25,768 nucleotides of DNA from a virus (lineage: Duplodnaviria > Caudoviricetes): positions 1-25,768 of IMG/VR virus record IMGVR_UViG_3300031334_000014; one strand, 5' to 3'. Under the pieces are notes generated by a model. That model was not told the DNA's origin. It made no database searches and saw nothing but the letters and a program-made list of their open reading frames with translations. Below, in pieces: positions 1 through 8,569 of the stretch. The translations under genes were made by a program, and so were the position numbers. Numbering within the stretch: the stretch's first letter is position 1; the number at the start of each line of letters is the position of its first letter.

Positions 1-71
1 GAGGCCTTAGCCGCTTGATATAAGGCGTCCATCTTTGCCGACGCGATGAGCTTGTTTGCTTCGTGGTTCAT
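1..71 (-). CDS. Partial hypothetical protein (5' end; runs off window)
   Basis: Minus-strand ATG at 71 preceded by GGAAGGA; reads MNHEANKLIASAKMDALYQAAKA with no stop before the window edge. Confidence 0.5.
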   Translation of the reverse strand, partial: MNHEANKLIASAKMDALYQAAKA

Positions 72-95
72 GGGTTGGTTCCTTCCATGCGAAAC

Positions 96-113
96 GACCC
101 CGCTTGCGGGGCC
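96..113 (-). promoter_or_regulatory. GC-rich hairpin (possible terminator or leader structure)
   Basis: CCCCGC-AA-GCGGGG stem followed on the minus strand by TCGTTT, in an intergenic gap. Confidence 0.35.
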
Positions 114-136
114 TGTGGGTTGAATTTTCGTGTGGT

Positions 137-265
137 TTATCGGGCGTTTTTCATGGCATAGAACGCGACCAGCCAAGCCATTGCCATCAGTGCGCCCTGC
201 TCAAATGCCGCGCGCTCTAGGGCGGCGCAGGCTTCGGGGTAATCATCGTAGATGGTGCGTGTCAC
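137..265 (-). CDS. Small hypothetical protein, 42 aa (not in ORF track)
   Basis: GTG start overlaps the upstream stop (GTGA); reads VTRTIYDDYPEACAALERAAFEQGALMAMAWLVAFYAMKNAR, with a hydrophobic C-terminus. Confidence 0.5.
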   Translation of the reverse strand: MTRTIYDDYPEACAALERAAFEQGALMAMAWLVAFYAMKNAR

Positions 266-633
266 GCCCTTGCCCATATCTTAAACATCAGATCAGTGCC
301 GCCAGTATTGAGCGGATCGACCCCGTATATCTGATAATCGACGCCCTGAATAGCGATCTTATCCGATAGCGCCGGGACCACATCGCCAACGCTTGCGGTG
401 ATCTTGGTATCGGTCGCCTTGATCGCCGTGTCCGCGCGTTCGCGTTCGCTGAAACTGCCGAGAATGACTGTGAAGTCGTAGGTCAAGGGCGGCCCGTAGA
501 CGGGCTTGTTGTCTGGCCCGGTATTGGCGCCCTTGCGTTTGATGACGCCGATCAACGGGCCGTCCCCAACGGCTGCGCCCGCCTGGGCTAGTGCAGCGGC
601 AATCTGCGCCGCGATGTCAGAACCGGCGCTCAT
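262..633 (-). CDS. Head-closure / head-tail joining protein
   Basis: 123 aa, beta-rich C-terminus (DKIAIQGVDYQIYGVDP...KIWAR); directly after the adaptor gene with an ATGA-type overlap. Confidence 0.6.
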   Translation of the reverse strand: MSAGSDIAAQIAAALAQAGAAVGDGPLIGVIKRKGANTGPDNKPVYGPPLTYDFTVILGSFSERERADTAIKATDTKITASVGDVVPALSDKIAIQGVDYQIYGVDPLNTGGTDLMFKIWARA

Positions 634-1022
634 ACTTTATAGGCTCCGATGTAGGTCCGCATATATCGGCGCAACAGAGCATCAATGACTGTGCTGACCG
701 GGGTCGCCGCCGCCGCACCTTGCAGTCCACTATCGCGCAACGTCCACTGGATCGCGTCAACTTTGGTCAACGCTTTTTGCTGATCTGGCGTAAATGTCTG
801 CGACCAAAAGCCAGGCGTTGCTAGCTCAAGTGTTGCCGCTTCATACACAGCATCATCAACCCCGTCGCTTGTCGCACCATAGGGGGACATAAAGTAATTC
901 ACATAGCTGCGTGTGACGTGCCTTTGCCCGCGCACCAATGCCGACGCGCTGGCGGCATCATCCGCAACCGTATCGCCAGCGGCGGTGGCGTATGCAATCC
1001 ATCCGGCGATAGTTGCGGTCAT
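630..1022 (-). CDS. Head-tail adaptor (DnaT-like family seen after siphovirus capsid genes)
   Basis: 130 aa; AY...ALVRG..HV, 'V..AVYEAA', 'KVDAI', 'VIDALLRRY' pattern; position downstream of the capsid gene. Confidence 0.6.
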   Translation of the reverse strand: MTATIAGWIAYATAAGDTVADDAASASALVRGQRHVTRSYVNYFMSPYGATSDGVDDAVYEAATLELATPGFWSQTFTPDQQKALTKVDAIQWTLRDSGLQGAAAATPVSTVIDALLRRYMRTYIGAYKV

Positions 1023-1255
1023 TATTTCGACTTCGGCGCTGGTCCGCCAGGCATCTGTGGCGCGCCCTCGTTTACGGCGCCATCTGCAGGGTTGACGATC
1101 ATTGTCTTCGCTTGCTTTGGCTTGGCTTTGATGATGCGCGCCTTTCCGACCAAAGCGGCGGGCAGTGTGTCGCCAGTAATATCGATCACTTCACCAACAC
1201 CAACTTCATTACCAGCGGCGTTAAAGACGCCTTTTTCTGTAATTTCCGCTTTCAT
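1022..1255 (-). CDS. Small virion-module hypothetical protein
   Basis: 77 aa, AAGGA RBS, TAATG coupling to the next gene; typical small gene after the capsid gene. Confidence 0.7.
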   Translation of the reverse strand: MKAEITEKGVFNAAGNEVGVGEVIDITGDTLPAALVGKARIIKAKPKQAKTMIVNPADGAVNEGAPQMPGGPAPKSK

Positions 1256-1285
1256 GGCTATTTCCTTTGCTTGGTTAATCTTAGT

Positions 1286-1310
1286 AAAGGGGCCAGCAAT
1301 GCCAGCCCCT
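1286..1310 (-). terminator. Putative intrinsic terminator after the major capsid gene
   Basis: Minus strand GGGGCTGGC-ATT-GCTGGCCCC followed by TTT, about 10 nt after the capsid stop. Confidence 0.6.
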
Positions 1311-1318
1311 CAAGAAGA

Positions 1319-2314
1319 TTAGGCAAGTGTCGAGTGCGCCACGCCGCAGTTGTCTTCTGCGTCGAACTTGATTTCAACAGCAGCGGCCATCATCACCGAA
1401 AAGTTGTAATCGTCCTCGGGGTTTGCGCGAAACTGCGCGCGGGTGGTCATTGGCATACTGTTCAGCACTTGAATGACCTCACGGCGCTTCACAACGGCGA
1501 TGATCTCACCAGCGGCGATGCTGTCGGCAGGGATGACCTGGCCGAGGTTCGCAATTTCCAAAACACGTTGGGCGATTGTCTTGTCGCCGTTCGCTTTGAA
1601 GTCGGTTGAGTTGGCATAGAACCAATCATCAAAGTTGACGTAGAGCGTCGCGGGCACCTTGAAGTTCTTCGCGTGCAGCAGCTTGAGAGTTGCTACGACG
1701 TTTGCAACCCACTCGGCACCCGTGGCCGTGATAAGCGCCTGCGCAGTCGTGCGGGTGGAGCGCTTGGGGTGCGTGCGCAGTCCGTAAGATTGCTCCCCGT
1801 TAACTTCGATTCCGGCGTAGCCATTCAGAACAGCGCTTTCGGCCTTTTCGGCAATTTTGCGCTGGCTGTTGGCTCGACCTGCGGCGTCCAGATTGAACCC
1901 CTCAGTGCGAGCCGCCTCGACCTGCCGCCAGCCGTAGCTAAACGAGCTGTCAATGATCGGGATTGGCGTTCCGTGGTAGGCATAGACCGGCTGATCTGTG
2001 CGCGCCTTGGACCTGCCGTCAAGAGACACGTTGACATTGCCGCTGTCGCTGATCGTCTGGAAGTGGTGGACCAGCTTCCCGATTGCCATTGGCATCGAAA
2101 GCGTTGCCGCCAGATCATTGAACACGGGCTGCAGGTCACGCTGAATCTCAACCCCTTCGCGGTCCCATGCGCCCCAGACATCCTTGGGCAGCGGGGCGGC
2201 GTTGCCGACCATCGCATCACTGCCAATAGAAGCGGCAAGCGCCACCTGCGAGGCGTTCCAGTTGCGACGGTTCGCAAGAACCGCACGCTGTTGTTCACTT
2301 GTATACAATAGCAT
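1319..2314 (-). CDS. Major capsid protein (HK97 fold, linocin/encapsulin-like family)
   Basis: 331 aa; PIPIIDSSFSYGWR and NG...YGLRTHP motifs; AAGGAG RBS; follows the decoration and protease genes. Confidence 0.85.
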   Translation of the reverse strand: MLLYTSEQQRAVLANRRNWNASQVALAASIGSDAMVGNAAPLPKDVWGAWDREGVEIQRDLQPVFNDLAATLSMPMAIGKLVHHFQTISDSGNVNVSLDGRSKARTDQPVYAYHGTPIPIIDSSFSYGWRQVEAARTEGFNLDAAGRANSQRKIAEKAESAVLNGYAGIEVNGEQSYGLRTHPKRSTRTTAQALITATGAEWVANVVATLKLLHAKNFKVPATLYVNFDDWFYANSTDFKANGDKTIAQRVLEIANLGQVIPADSIAAGEIIAVVKRREVIQVLNSMPMTTRAQFRANPEDDYNFSVMMAAAVEIKFDAEDNCGVAHSTLA

Positions 2315-2326
2315 TGTTTGCGCTCC

Positions 2327-2773
2327 TTACGATGCGGCTGTGACGAAGTTGTTGGCGATGCGAACGTCGGCAAGGGTGCCTGCCGAATATGCGCCTGGCA
2401 CGTCGTCGAAGGTTGCGAAAACCCGCTCCGATACGCCCGATGCGATGAGGCGGCCATCCGCGCCGATAGTCAGGTTCGCGCCTTTTGCGTACGTCGCATT
2501 GGCAAGGCGCACTTGGTAGATCTCACCGACGCGAGGGCGAAAAGCGACGCCCGTATCTTCATCGGCATACGCCGTTGCGACAGACTGCTCAAAGAAATTT
2601 CGGTTCGACAAAATGAGCAGATCGCCTTCAATGTCTGCCGCTGTTGCCATGGTGAATTCTGTGGCGCTCTCAGTCACCAATATCCCCGGAAGGTATGCCC
2701 CCGCGACTTTTTTGTCGGAAACAGATTCAGCTTCGGAATTAACCGGGCCGCGATAAATGACGTTGCCTGCCAT
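2327..2773 (-). CDS. Head decoration / capsid cement protein
   Basis: 148 aa beta-rich protein (YLPG, GA.LTI.ADGRL) between protease and capsid genes. Confidence 0.65.
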   Translation of the reverse strand: MAGNVIYRGPVNSEAESVSDKKVAGAYLPGILVTESATEFTMATAADIEGDLLILSNRNFFEQSVATAYADEDTGVAFRPRVGEIYQVRLANATYAKGANLTIGADGRLIASGVSERVFATFDDVPGAYSAGTLADVRIANNFVTAAS

Positions 2774-2775
2774 GA

Positions 2776-3888
2776 TTATGCCACCTTCATGTTTGTGTTG
2801 AGGTCCACGTCCGCGAACTCGTCAGCGGGCGCGTCACCAAGCGCGGCGTTGAGGTTTGTTGCAGTTCCCGGCTTGGCTTTTTCGGCCAGCTTACGGGCTG
2901 CGTTAATTGTCAGCTCACCGGCGGACTCAGCGTCAAGAATGTTGGCCTTGACGATTGCGGCAACATAGCCTGCAAGCTCGGCTTCATCCTTGGCCTTGGC
3001 GTTGGCTGTCATTTCGACCTGTGCGTCGATCAGCGGCTTCATTGCCTCTGCCATTGCGTTCTTCAGGTCTTCTTTCGTGACTGCTGTTTCGGTCAGGGCG
3101 TTCACCTTGCCGGACAGCGCGTCGAACTGTTCCTTGTCCATGTTCAAATCCCTTTCATGGGGTTGTTGTGGTTCCCGCGCTGGCGAGAACGCCTCTAGTA
3201 GTGCGGTTTTCATTCGATTAAGCATCGGCACACGTTCGCGCCGCTCCATCGCTCGGGCTAAGTGGTCAACCGCCCAATCCAATTCCCGATCGCTGTCTTC
3301 CAGCGTCGAGTTTATTACGTCGATATGCTCACCCTTGGCATTCACCATCATGCCAACGCCCTGATCTGGGGTGGCCGCGCCTTCCTCATTCAAGAGGATC
3401 GCGTCGTGGTCGAAATACATATTGCGGGCGATGTGTTCATGGTCTTCCCCGTCCGGGCTGTCCAGGCTGCACAGAAGGCCCGTGGACGTGTGGACGGGCT
3501 TACCTGCGTTGATAGCCTCTATCACTGCCTTGCCGTTGGGGCTCTGGCTCGCGACCTCCACGTCGATAATCTTGTCGATCAGAACGCGGCCATTCTCGCG
3601 GCGCACGTTGATATTGTGCGCGCCGATGTAGGAAATGGCGAGGCCGTCCGGGTGAGAGGCCGATACAAAATCGCCGTTGACCCTTGGGTGTCCAAATGGG
3701 GCCAGCGTATCGTTTAGGGTCATAAACCCCTTTTCGATTTCGTCAGCCGGATATTTGATTTTGTTCATAATGATGCCGTCGGGCAGCGTTGCCGACGGAA
3801 CAATGATAACGTCCCGCCCGTTGCGCTTTTCATGGCGGATAGCGGCCATGTTCGCCGCCGTGGTGACATTTACGCGTACTTGCTTCAT
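2776..3888 (-). CDS. Prohead protease / scaffold protein
   Basis: N-terminal P.GHP, STG and FDHDAILLNEEGAATP motifs; alanine-rich helical C-terminal half; an internal Met (GAAAGGGA..MDKEQF) could start a separate scaffold product. Confidence 0.75.
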   Translation of the reverse strand: MKQVRVNVTTAANMAAIRHEKRNGRDVIIVPSATLPDGIIMNKIKYPADEIEKGFMTLNDTLAPFGHPRVNGDFVSASHPDGLAISYIGAHNINVRRENGRVLIDKIIDVEVASQSPNGKAVIEAINAGKPVHTSTGLLCSLDSPDGEDHEHIARNMYFDHDAILLNEEGAATPDQGVGMMVNAKGEHIDVINSTLEDSDRELDWAVDHLARAMERRERVPMLNRMKTALLEAFSPAREPQQPHERDLNMDKEQFDALSGKVNALTETAVTKEDLKNAMAEAMKPLIDAQVEMTANAKAKDEAELAGYVAAIVKANILDAESAGELTINAARKLAEKAKPGTATNLNAALGDAPADEFADVDLNTNMKVA

Positions 3889-5183
3889 ATCTCATCATCC
3901 TCAATTTGATCCGGGCCGTCGCCTTCGTGGCCCGTGACCATGCGGATTTCGCCGACGGTATAAACCGGCTCGGCGGCCATCTTGGCGTTAGTGTCCGCCA
4001 TCTTGTTGGCCAGATCGGCCTTTTCGGACGCGGTGTTTTCGGTCAGGTCTGACCATTCGATATGCCAGTCGCGCTCGGGCAGGATGCCGAACTGTTCCAG
4101 TCGGTTGATGAAAACGTGCAGTGTGGGAATGACGGTGCCAGATCGGCGTGCCATGTTTGTTTTCGACCAAGTGTTGTTGTCTTCGGTGCTGGCGCGCTCG
4201 CCCGTCTGCGATCCGACCAGAACCTTGGCGGGGATGGGGATGGATGCCGCAAAGCCCATCAGCGAAACGGCATGGAAGTGCTCAGGCGACGGCATAGTGA
4301 CTGCTACTGTGCCGACTTTCATGCCCTGCAGAAGCATGGAACTGTCAAAGCCCTTGTTAAATTCGTCCGCAGTCTCGCCAATCTTATCGGCGACTTCGGT
4401 TAGATCGACTCCCATTGAATCTGCCATTGCCTGCAACTGGGCGTCTTTATCAATTTCAAACGTCAGGCCGCGCTTGGCGTTTTTCCAAAAGCCCTCGCCG
4501 CCAGCGCCACTGATTTTTTGCAGGTCGAGCAGATCGTTGTACCCTGCCTCAAGCGCGCTGTCGGGATGAACGGTGCCGTCTTCTGACCAAACGATAACGC
4601 GGTCGGGGTGAACCTCAAAAGAGCGGTTTTTGTTTACGTCGTTGCCTACTGCCGCCTCGTTGAAGCTGAACATCTTGGGCTGACCGTAGTCCACCGAAAG
4701 CTCGTCGGTATCCCACGATGAAACTTCCAGCTGTCCAGCCCATGCCGGGATGATTTCGACTAGGCCGTCTAGGCCGCCCCCGACGCGATCCACAGGCTCT
4801 TTGAACCGCTTGCTGTCAGCGAGGCGCAGAATGATACCGGAATAGCCGCCGACCAGTGACCGGCGGTCAGCATCCGCAACGCGCTGCCAGATGCGCAAGT
4901 CATCAAACCGCTGCCGGATTTCCATTTCAAGAGGCGTTTCATTCGCCTCTTTGGTTTCCCAAATTTGCGGGTTGTCCTGCCATGTTTTCAAAACGGTTTG
5001 GTTGATGCCCGCTTTGGCAAGCCCGTTGCGTTTATACATGCGGTGGAAGTGCTCAAACACCAGCGTGGTGGGATATCCGTAGTCTGCATAGTGGTCGTGC
5101 TTGGCGCTGCCGTAGTAGCCCGGGAACATTTTTGACAAGCTGCGTTGCGTCGCGTTGGCGATGATATCCTTGGGGTTCATCAT
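3885..5183 (-). CDS. Portal protein (DUF1073-type, T1-like)
   Basis: 432 aa directly after TerL; YKRNGLA, VHPDRV, GGGEGFWKNA and GSQTGERAS.ED motifs. Confidence 0.85.
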   Translation of the reverse strand: MMNPKDIIANATQRSLSKMFPGYYGSAKHDHYADYGYPTTLVFEHFHRMYKRNGLAKAGINQTVLKTWQDNPQIWETKEANETPLEMEIRQRFDDLRIWQRVADADRRSLVGGYSGIILRLADSKRFKEPVDRVGGGLDGLVEIIPAWAGQLEVSSWDTDELSVDYGQPKMFSFNEAAVGNDVNKNRSFEVHPDRVIVWSEDGTVHPDSALEAGYNDLLDLQKISGAGGEGFWKNAKRGLTFEIDKDAQLQAMADSMGVDLTEVADKIGETADEFNKGFDSSMLLQGMKVGTVAVTMPSPEHFHAVSLMGFAASIPIPAKVLVGSQTGERASTEDNNTWSKTNMARRSGTVIPTLHVFINRLEQFGILPERDWHIEWSDLTENTASEKADLANKMADTNAKMAAEPVYTVGEIRMVTGHEGDGPDQIEDDEI

Positions 5184-6574
5184 CTGTGCCTACTCTTTAG
5201 CAACATTGCGGTTTGCGGTGGTGTCTCTGCCAATTCCGAAAACGCGCGCGACGCGGCGTCCACTTGGTCTTTCCACTTCCCAACGGGAAACGTGGTGATC
5301 TCGTCAAGAAACGCTTTGTTCCAGTCGCCGCTAACCAGATAGACATTGCCGCCCTCGGCCTGCGCAGATAGCCCCTCGGCCCGCGTTGCCTTTTCGCCAG
5401 TCTCCGTCGACGCCCGGTAATTGTGCGGCGCGATCTGCTTTATCAGGTGCTGCGCCCATGACTTGCCCGCGCTGCCGGGGTCTTGAGGTATTGAGCCGCG
5501 AACGCCGGGGTGCTCCGCCGCGTCCTGCCCTGCCGTGTTGACTATCAGCCGCTCAACCCCCGCGCCCGTTACCTGAGCGCGTGTGGCGTCTGCTATGAAG
5601 TAACGCCCATCATGTGACCGGCCCATCAGGATGCCCGCCGTATAGGCGCTGTCGCGGCCCTCTGAACCGGCTAAATCCCAGCCCCGTACCCATCGGCACC
5701 CGGCTGGTGCTGCTGGCACGATACTGAACCAATCGCGCTGGAACATTGCCCCGCCGCGCGGCACCGGATCTTGCATGTACTGCCCAGCAAAGACGTATCT
5801 GCTGGCGTGTTCTTGGCGTTGCAACATTTCAATCGGAAACTGTTCAGGCCAGAATGATTGTTCATCCTCGGTCAGCGCCGGGATTTTGAGATGCTCCCAT
5901 TCCTCGCCGTTGCCGCCAGCTAGGAGCCACCCACTCAGGTCTTCCTCATGTAGCCGCTGCATGATTACGATGATCGGCGTGTCCGGCGTGTTGCTTCGGC
6001 TTTCCATGGTCATCTGAAACCAGTCGATCACGTTTTGCCGCATTACTTCTGACGTTGCTTCGCCGGACTTGTGCGGATCGTCGATCAGGATGCACCCACC
6101 GAACCCGTCGCGCATCTTACCCGCGCCGTATCCGGTGATGGTGCCGTCCGCGCCGGTTGCGTAAAACACGCCGCCCGCGCTGGTTCTAAATTCATCCTTT
6201 GCGGTGCTGTCACCCTTTAGCTTCACCCACGGGAACGCCTCGGCATAGGCTTCGGACTGCATCAGCGCCCTGACGGCATAGGTGTTGGCCGATGCGAGCC
6301 GCTTGGAATAGCTGGCGTGGATGAATTCGCTATCGGGGAACAGCCCGCCAGCCCATGCCATGAAGTTCTTGACCGCTAGTTCAGTCTTGCCGGATCGCGG
6401 CGGCACGTTGATAATCAGGCGCTTCGTTCGCCCCAGCAAAACCCGCTCCAGCGCATCGCAGATTAAATCCTGATGCCAGTTCAGCTTTAGCTCTACCCTG
6501 CGCGTCTCGCGGAACATGATGCGCGTGAAGTCCAGTAAGCCGCACCGGACGTCGGCAATTTCATTCGGGGTCAC
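5180..6574 (-). CDS. terL: Terminase large subunit
   Basis: Walker A INVPPRSGKT, Walker B ILIDDP, IMQRLH.EDL, RNase H-like WDLA and DQVDA motifs. Confidence 0.95.
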   Translation of the reverse strand: MTPNEIADVRCGLLDFTRIMFRETRRVELKLNWHQDLICDALERVLLGRTKRLIINVPPRSGKTELAVKNFMAWAGGLFPDSEFIHASYSKRLASANTYAVRALMQSEAYAEAFPWVKLKGDSTAKDEFRTSAGGVFYATGADGTITGYGAGKMRDGFGGCILIDDPHKSGEATSEVMRQNVIDWFQMTMESRSNTPDTPIIVIMQRLHEEDLSGWLLAGGNGEEWEHLKIPALTEDEQSFWPEQFPIEMLQRQEHASRYVFAGQYMQDPVPRGGAMFQRDWFSIVPAAPAGCRWVRGWDLAGSEGRDSAYTAGILMGRSHDGRYFIADATRAQVTGAGVERLIVNTAGQDAAEHPGVRGSIPQDPGSAGKSWAQHLIKQIAPHNYRASTETGEKATRAEGLSAQAEGGNVYLVSGDWNKAFLDEITTFPVGKWKDQVDAASRAFSELAETPPQTAMLLKSRHR

Positions 6575-6953
6575 AGTGCTTGCGGTTCATCGCGGCCAGT
6601 GCCGCGTCCTGCGCTGGCCCGGCGGGTGACATGCTGTTGTCTTCCGAGACGTGGTTGAGGTTGCTCGTCTCGCGCCATCCGCCGCGCGTCTTGAGCCAGA
6701 ATATAGCAGCTGTGGCGCTGCGCGGGTTGTCCGCGTTGGTTGCCTGCTTGTAAAGCGTTTCGGCAACCTTGGCGTTAGCTTTAGCCGTCGCGGTATCCAG
6801 CTCGTCGCGATAGTGCTTGGCCAGCGTCTTGCGGTCGATGCCGACAACCTTGGCGATGTCCTCTTGCGGGATGCCGTAGGCGCTCATGGATTCAACCATT
6901 TTGCGTTGCTGTGGCGTTGGCTCGTGTTTATGCGTTGCGGCTTGCTTTGCCAT
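6561..6953 (-). CDS. terS: Terminase small subunit
   Basis: Start re-called at ATG 6953 (TAATG overlap); HTH (GIPQEDIAKVVGIDRKTLAKHY) and AAIFWLKTRGGWRE motif; immediately upstream of TerL. Confidence 0.85.
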   Translation of the reverse strand: MAKQAATHKHEPTPQQRKMVESMSAYGIPQEDIAKVVGIDRKTLAKHYRDELDTATAKANAKVAETLYKQATNADNPRSATAAIFWLKTRGGWRETSNLNHVSEDNSMSPAGPAQDAALAAMNRKHCDPE

Positions 6954-8008
6954 TATGCCGCTCCAAGCCACTGAGTGCAGACGGCCCGCGCCACGACTTC
7001 GGTCATTTTGGGCGGGACGCTCATTCCGATCATGTATTTGCCGATCTTGTCCGATTTGGCTTGGTAGTCGTCCGGGAATGATCCGAGACGCTTCCATTCG
7101 CGGTAAGTTAAGGTTCGGCATTCTGACCAGTGTGTGTACAGCGACGGGGAGCTGCTAAGCGTGTTACTCGGTTTAATGTCGTTTATTTTGTATTGGTTAA
7201 AACAAGAATTTCGACTTTCTGTTTTTTTCAAAAAAACAGAGTAACTTTCACCTTTGACCGTGTGGGGCCAACACTTTTTATCGTTGGGAGCAGGTGCTGT
7301 ATGGTTAATTTCCACATCCGTCAATTCCTGCACATCCGCGCAAGCCTCGCCCGCGCTAATCCAGCGATGCTTCGGCGCAAGCTGCAACGGCGGCACGTCA
7401 ATGTCATTCCGAACGGCGCAGAAAAACACTCGCTCGCGCCGTTGTGGCACACCGCAGTCAGCGGCGTTGATAAGAAACAGTTGCGGCCTGTATCCAATTT
7501 CACGAAACCGGGCCATGATTAGCTTAGTGTATCCCTTGGCGTTTCCGAGGATCATACCTTTTACGTTTTCAGCGATTGCGACCTTCGGCTTGAGGTGTTC
7601 CACAAGGTCGAGATAGTCAAAGAACAGATCGCTCAAAACTTGCTTGGCTTGCCCTTCGCGGAAATGCTTATCCTTACCCCACGCCTTTTCCCGGCTGCCT
7701 GCCATGCTGAACGTTGAACACGGCGGGGATCCGTCTAGAATATCCAGATCAAACAACTCTGGCGGCAAGTCTTTCGTGATTAGGTCGCCAATCGGGCAAA
7801 GAAAGTAATGCTTAGGATTCAGGTTGCGCTGATAATGCCACGCCATTTCAGGATCAATGTCATTTGCAGCAACGATTTCACAACCGGCAATCTTATAGCC
7901 CATGCTTGACCCGCCGCCGCAAGCGAATGTTGACATCACTTTGATGCCATTGCTCGGGACATTGCTTAGATCAGCCAGCGACCATGCGCAGTCCGGTTTA
8001 GTCGTCAT
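6953..8008 (-). CDS. C5 cytosine DNA methyltransferase
   Basis: Motif I FACGGG, IV GSPPC, VI ENVKG, VIII PQRRERVFF, IX R.LT.RE..RL.SFP, X GMSVPP; start re-called at ATG 8008. Confidence 0.93.
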   Translation of the reverse strand: MTTKPDCAWSLADLSNVPSNGIKVMSTFACGGGSSMGYKIAGCEIVAANDIDPEMAWHYQRNLNPKHYFLCPIGDLITKDLPPELFDLDILDGSPPCSTFSMAGSREKAWGKDKHFREGQAKQVLSDLFFDYLDLVEHLKPKVAIAENVKGMILGNAKGYTKLIMARFREIGYRPQLFLINAADCGVPQRRERVFFCAVRNDIDVPPLQLAPKHRWISAGEACADVQELTDVEINHTAPAPNDKKCWPHTVKGESYSVFLKKTESRNSCFNQYKINDIKPSNTLSSSPSLYTHWSECRTLTYREWKRLGSFPDDYQAKSDKIGKYMIGMSVPPKMTEVVARAVCTQWLGAA

Positions 8009-8531
8009 ATTCAAAACCGCACTTGGGGCAAGTGTGGTCCATTGCGTAAGCGTCTGGATCAATTTCTTTTGAACTGCTATCAGGGGCGTCCATGCTTGGC
8101 TCTAAGAACAACGCAGCCATTTCCTCAACGTCAAAACCCGTCAGGCTCAAGTCAAAGTCCAGATCGCCCAAATCCTGCAATTCGATCTTCAGCAGGTCGT
8201 TGTCCCAGCCCGCATTCAGCGCCAGCTTGTTATCAGCGATGATGTAGGCTTTCTTTTGCGCTTCGGTCCAGCCCTCGGCGATCATGCAGGGCACATCTTT
8301 GATGCCCAGCTTTTGCGCTGCCAGGATGCGTCCGTGGCCTGCGATCAACCCGCCGTCTGCCTCGATCAGCACCGGGACCGTCCATCCCCATTCCTTGATA
8401 GATGCCGCAATCTGCGAAACCTGCTCGTCGCTGTGCGTGCGGCTGTTTCGTGCATACGGAATGAGGTCGGCAACCTTGCGGCGCTCGACGTTATCCGCTG
8501 GCCATGCCTTTTCTAGTGGGGAAGTCGCCAA
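7998..8531 (-). CDS. ParB/Srx N-terminal domain protein with C-terminal CPxC zinc ribbon
   Basis: LIPYARNSRTHS...IAASIKEWGW..P, IAGHGR, IADNKL motifs; HTCPKCG at the C-terminus; probable TTG start at 8531 after AGGTGA (start uncertain). Confidence 0.85.
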   Translation of the reverse strand: MATSPLEKAWPADNVERRKVADLIPYARNSRTHSDEQVSQIAASIKEWGWTVPVLIEADGGLIAGHGRILAAQKLGIKDVPCMIAEGWTEAQKKAYIIADNKLALNAGWDNDLLKIELQDLGDLDFDLSLTGFDVEEMAALFLEPSMDAPDSSSKEIDPDAYAMDHTCPKCGFEYDD

Positions 8532-8569
8532 TGGATCACCTGTATATATGTGGGGCTTCTTCTTCACCC

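Noticed and set aside
1319-2314. Encapsulin/linocin bacteriocin
   Set aside because: Sits in a complete head module with terminase and portal, so it is the major capsid protein.
1013-4569. Long plus-strand ORFs (e.g. 1013-1609, 1673-2311, 2318-2968, 3982-4569)
   Set aside because: Antisense shadows of GC-rich structural genes, with no RBS or motifs.
3885-5183. Possible 'anti-CBASS Acb1' label attached to DUF1073-type proteins
   Set aside because: Position after TerL and the motifs indicate a portal; no paired HxT phosphoesterase domain seen.
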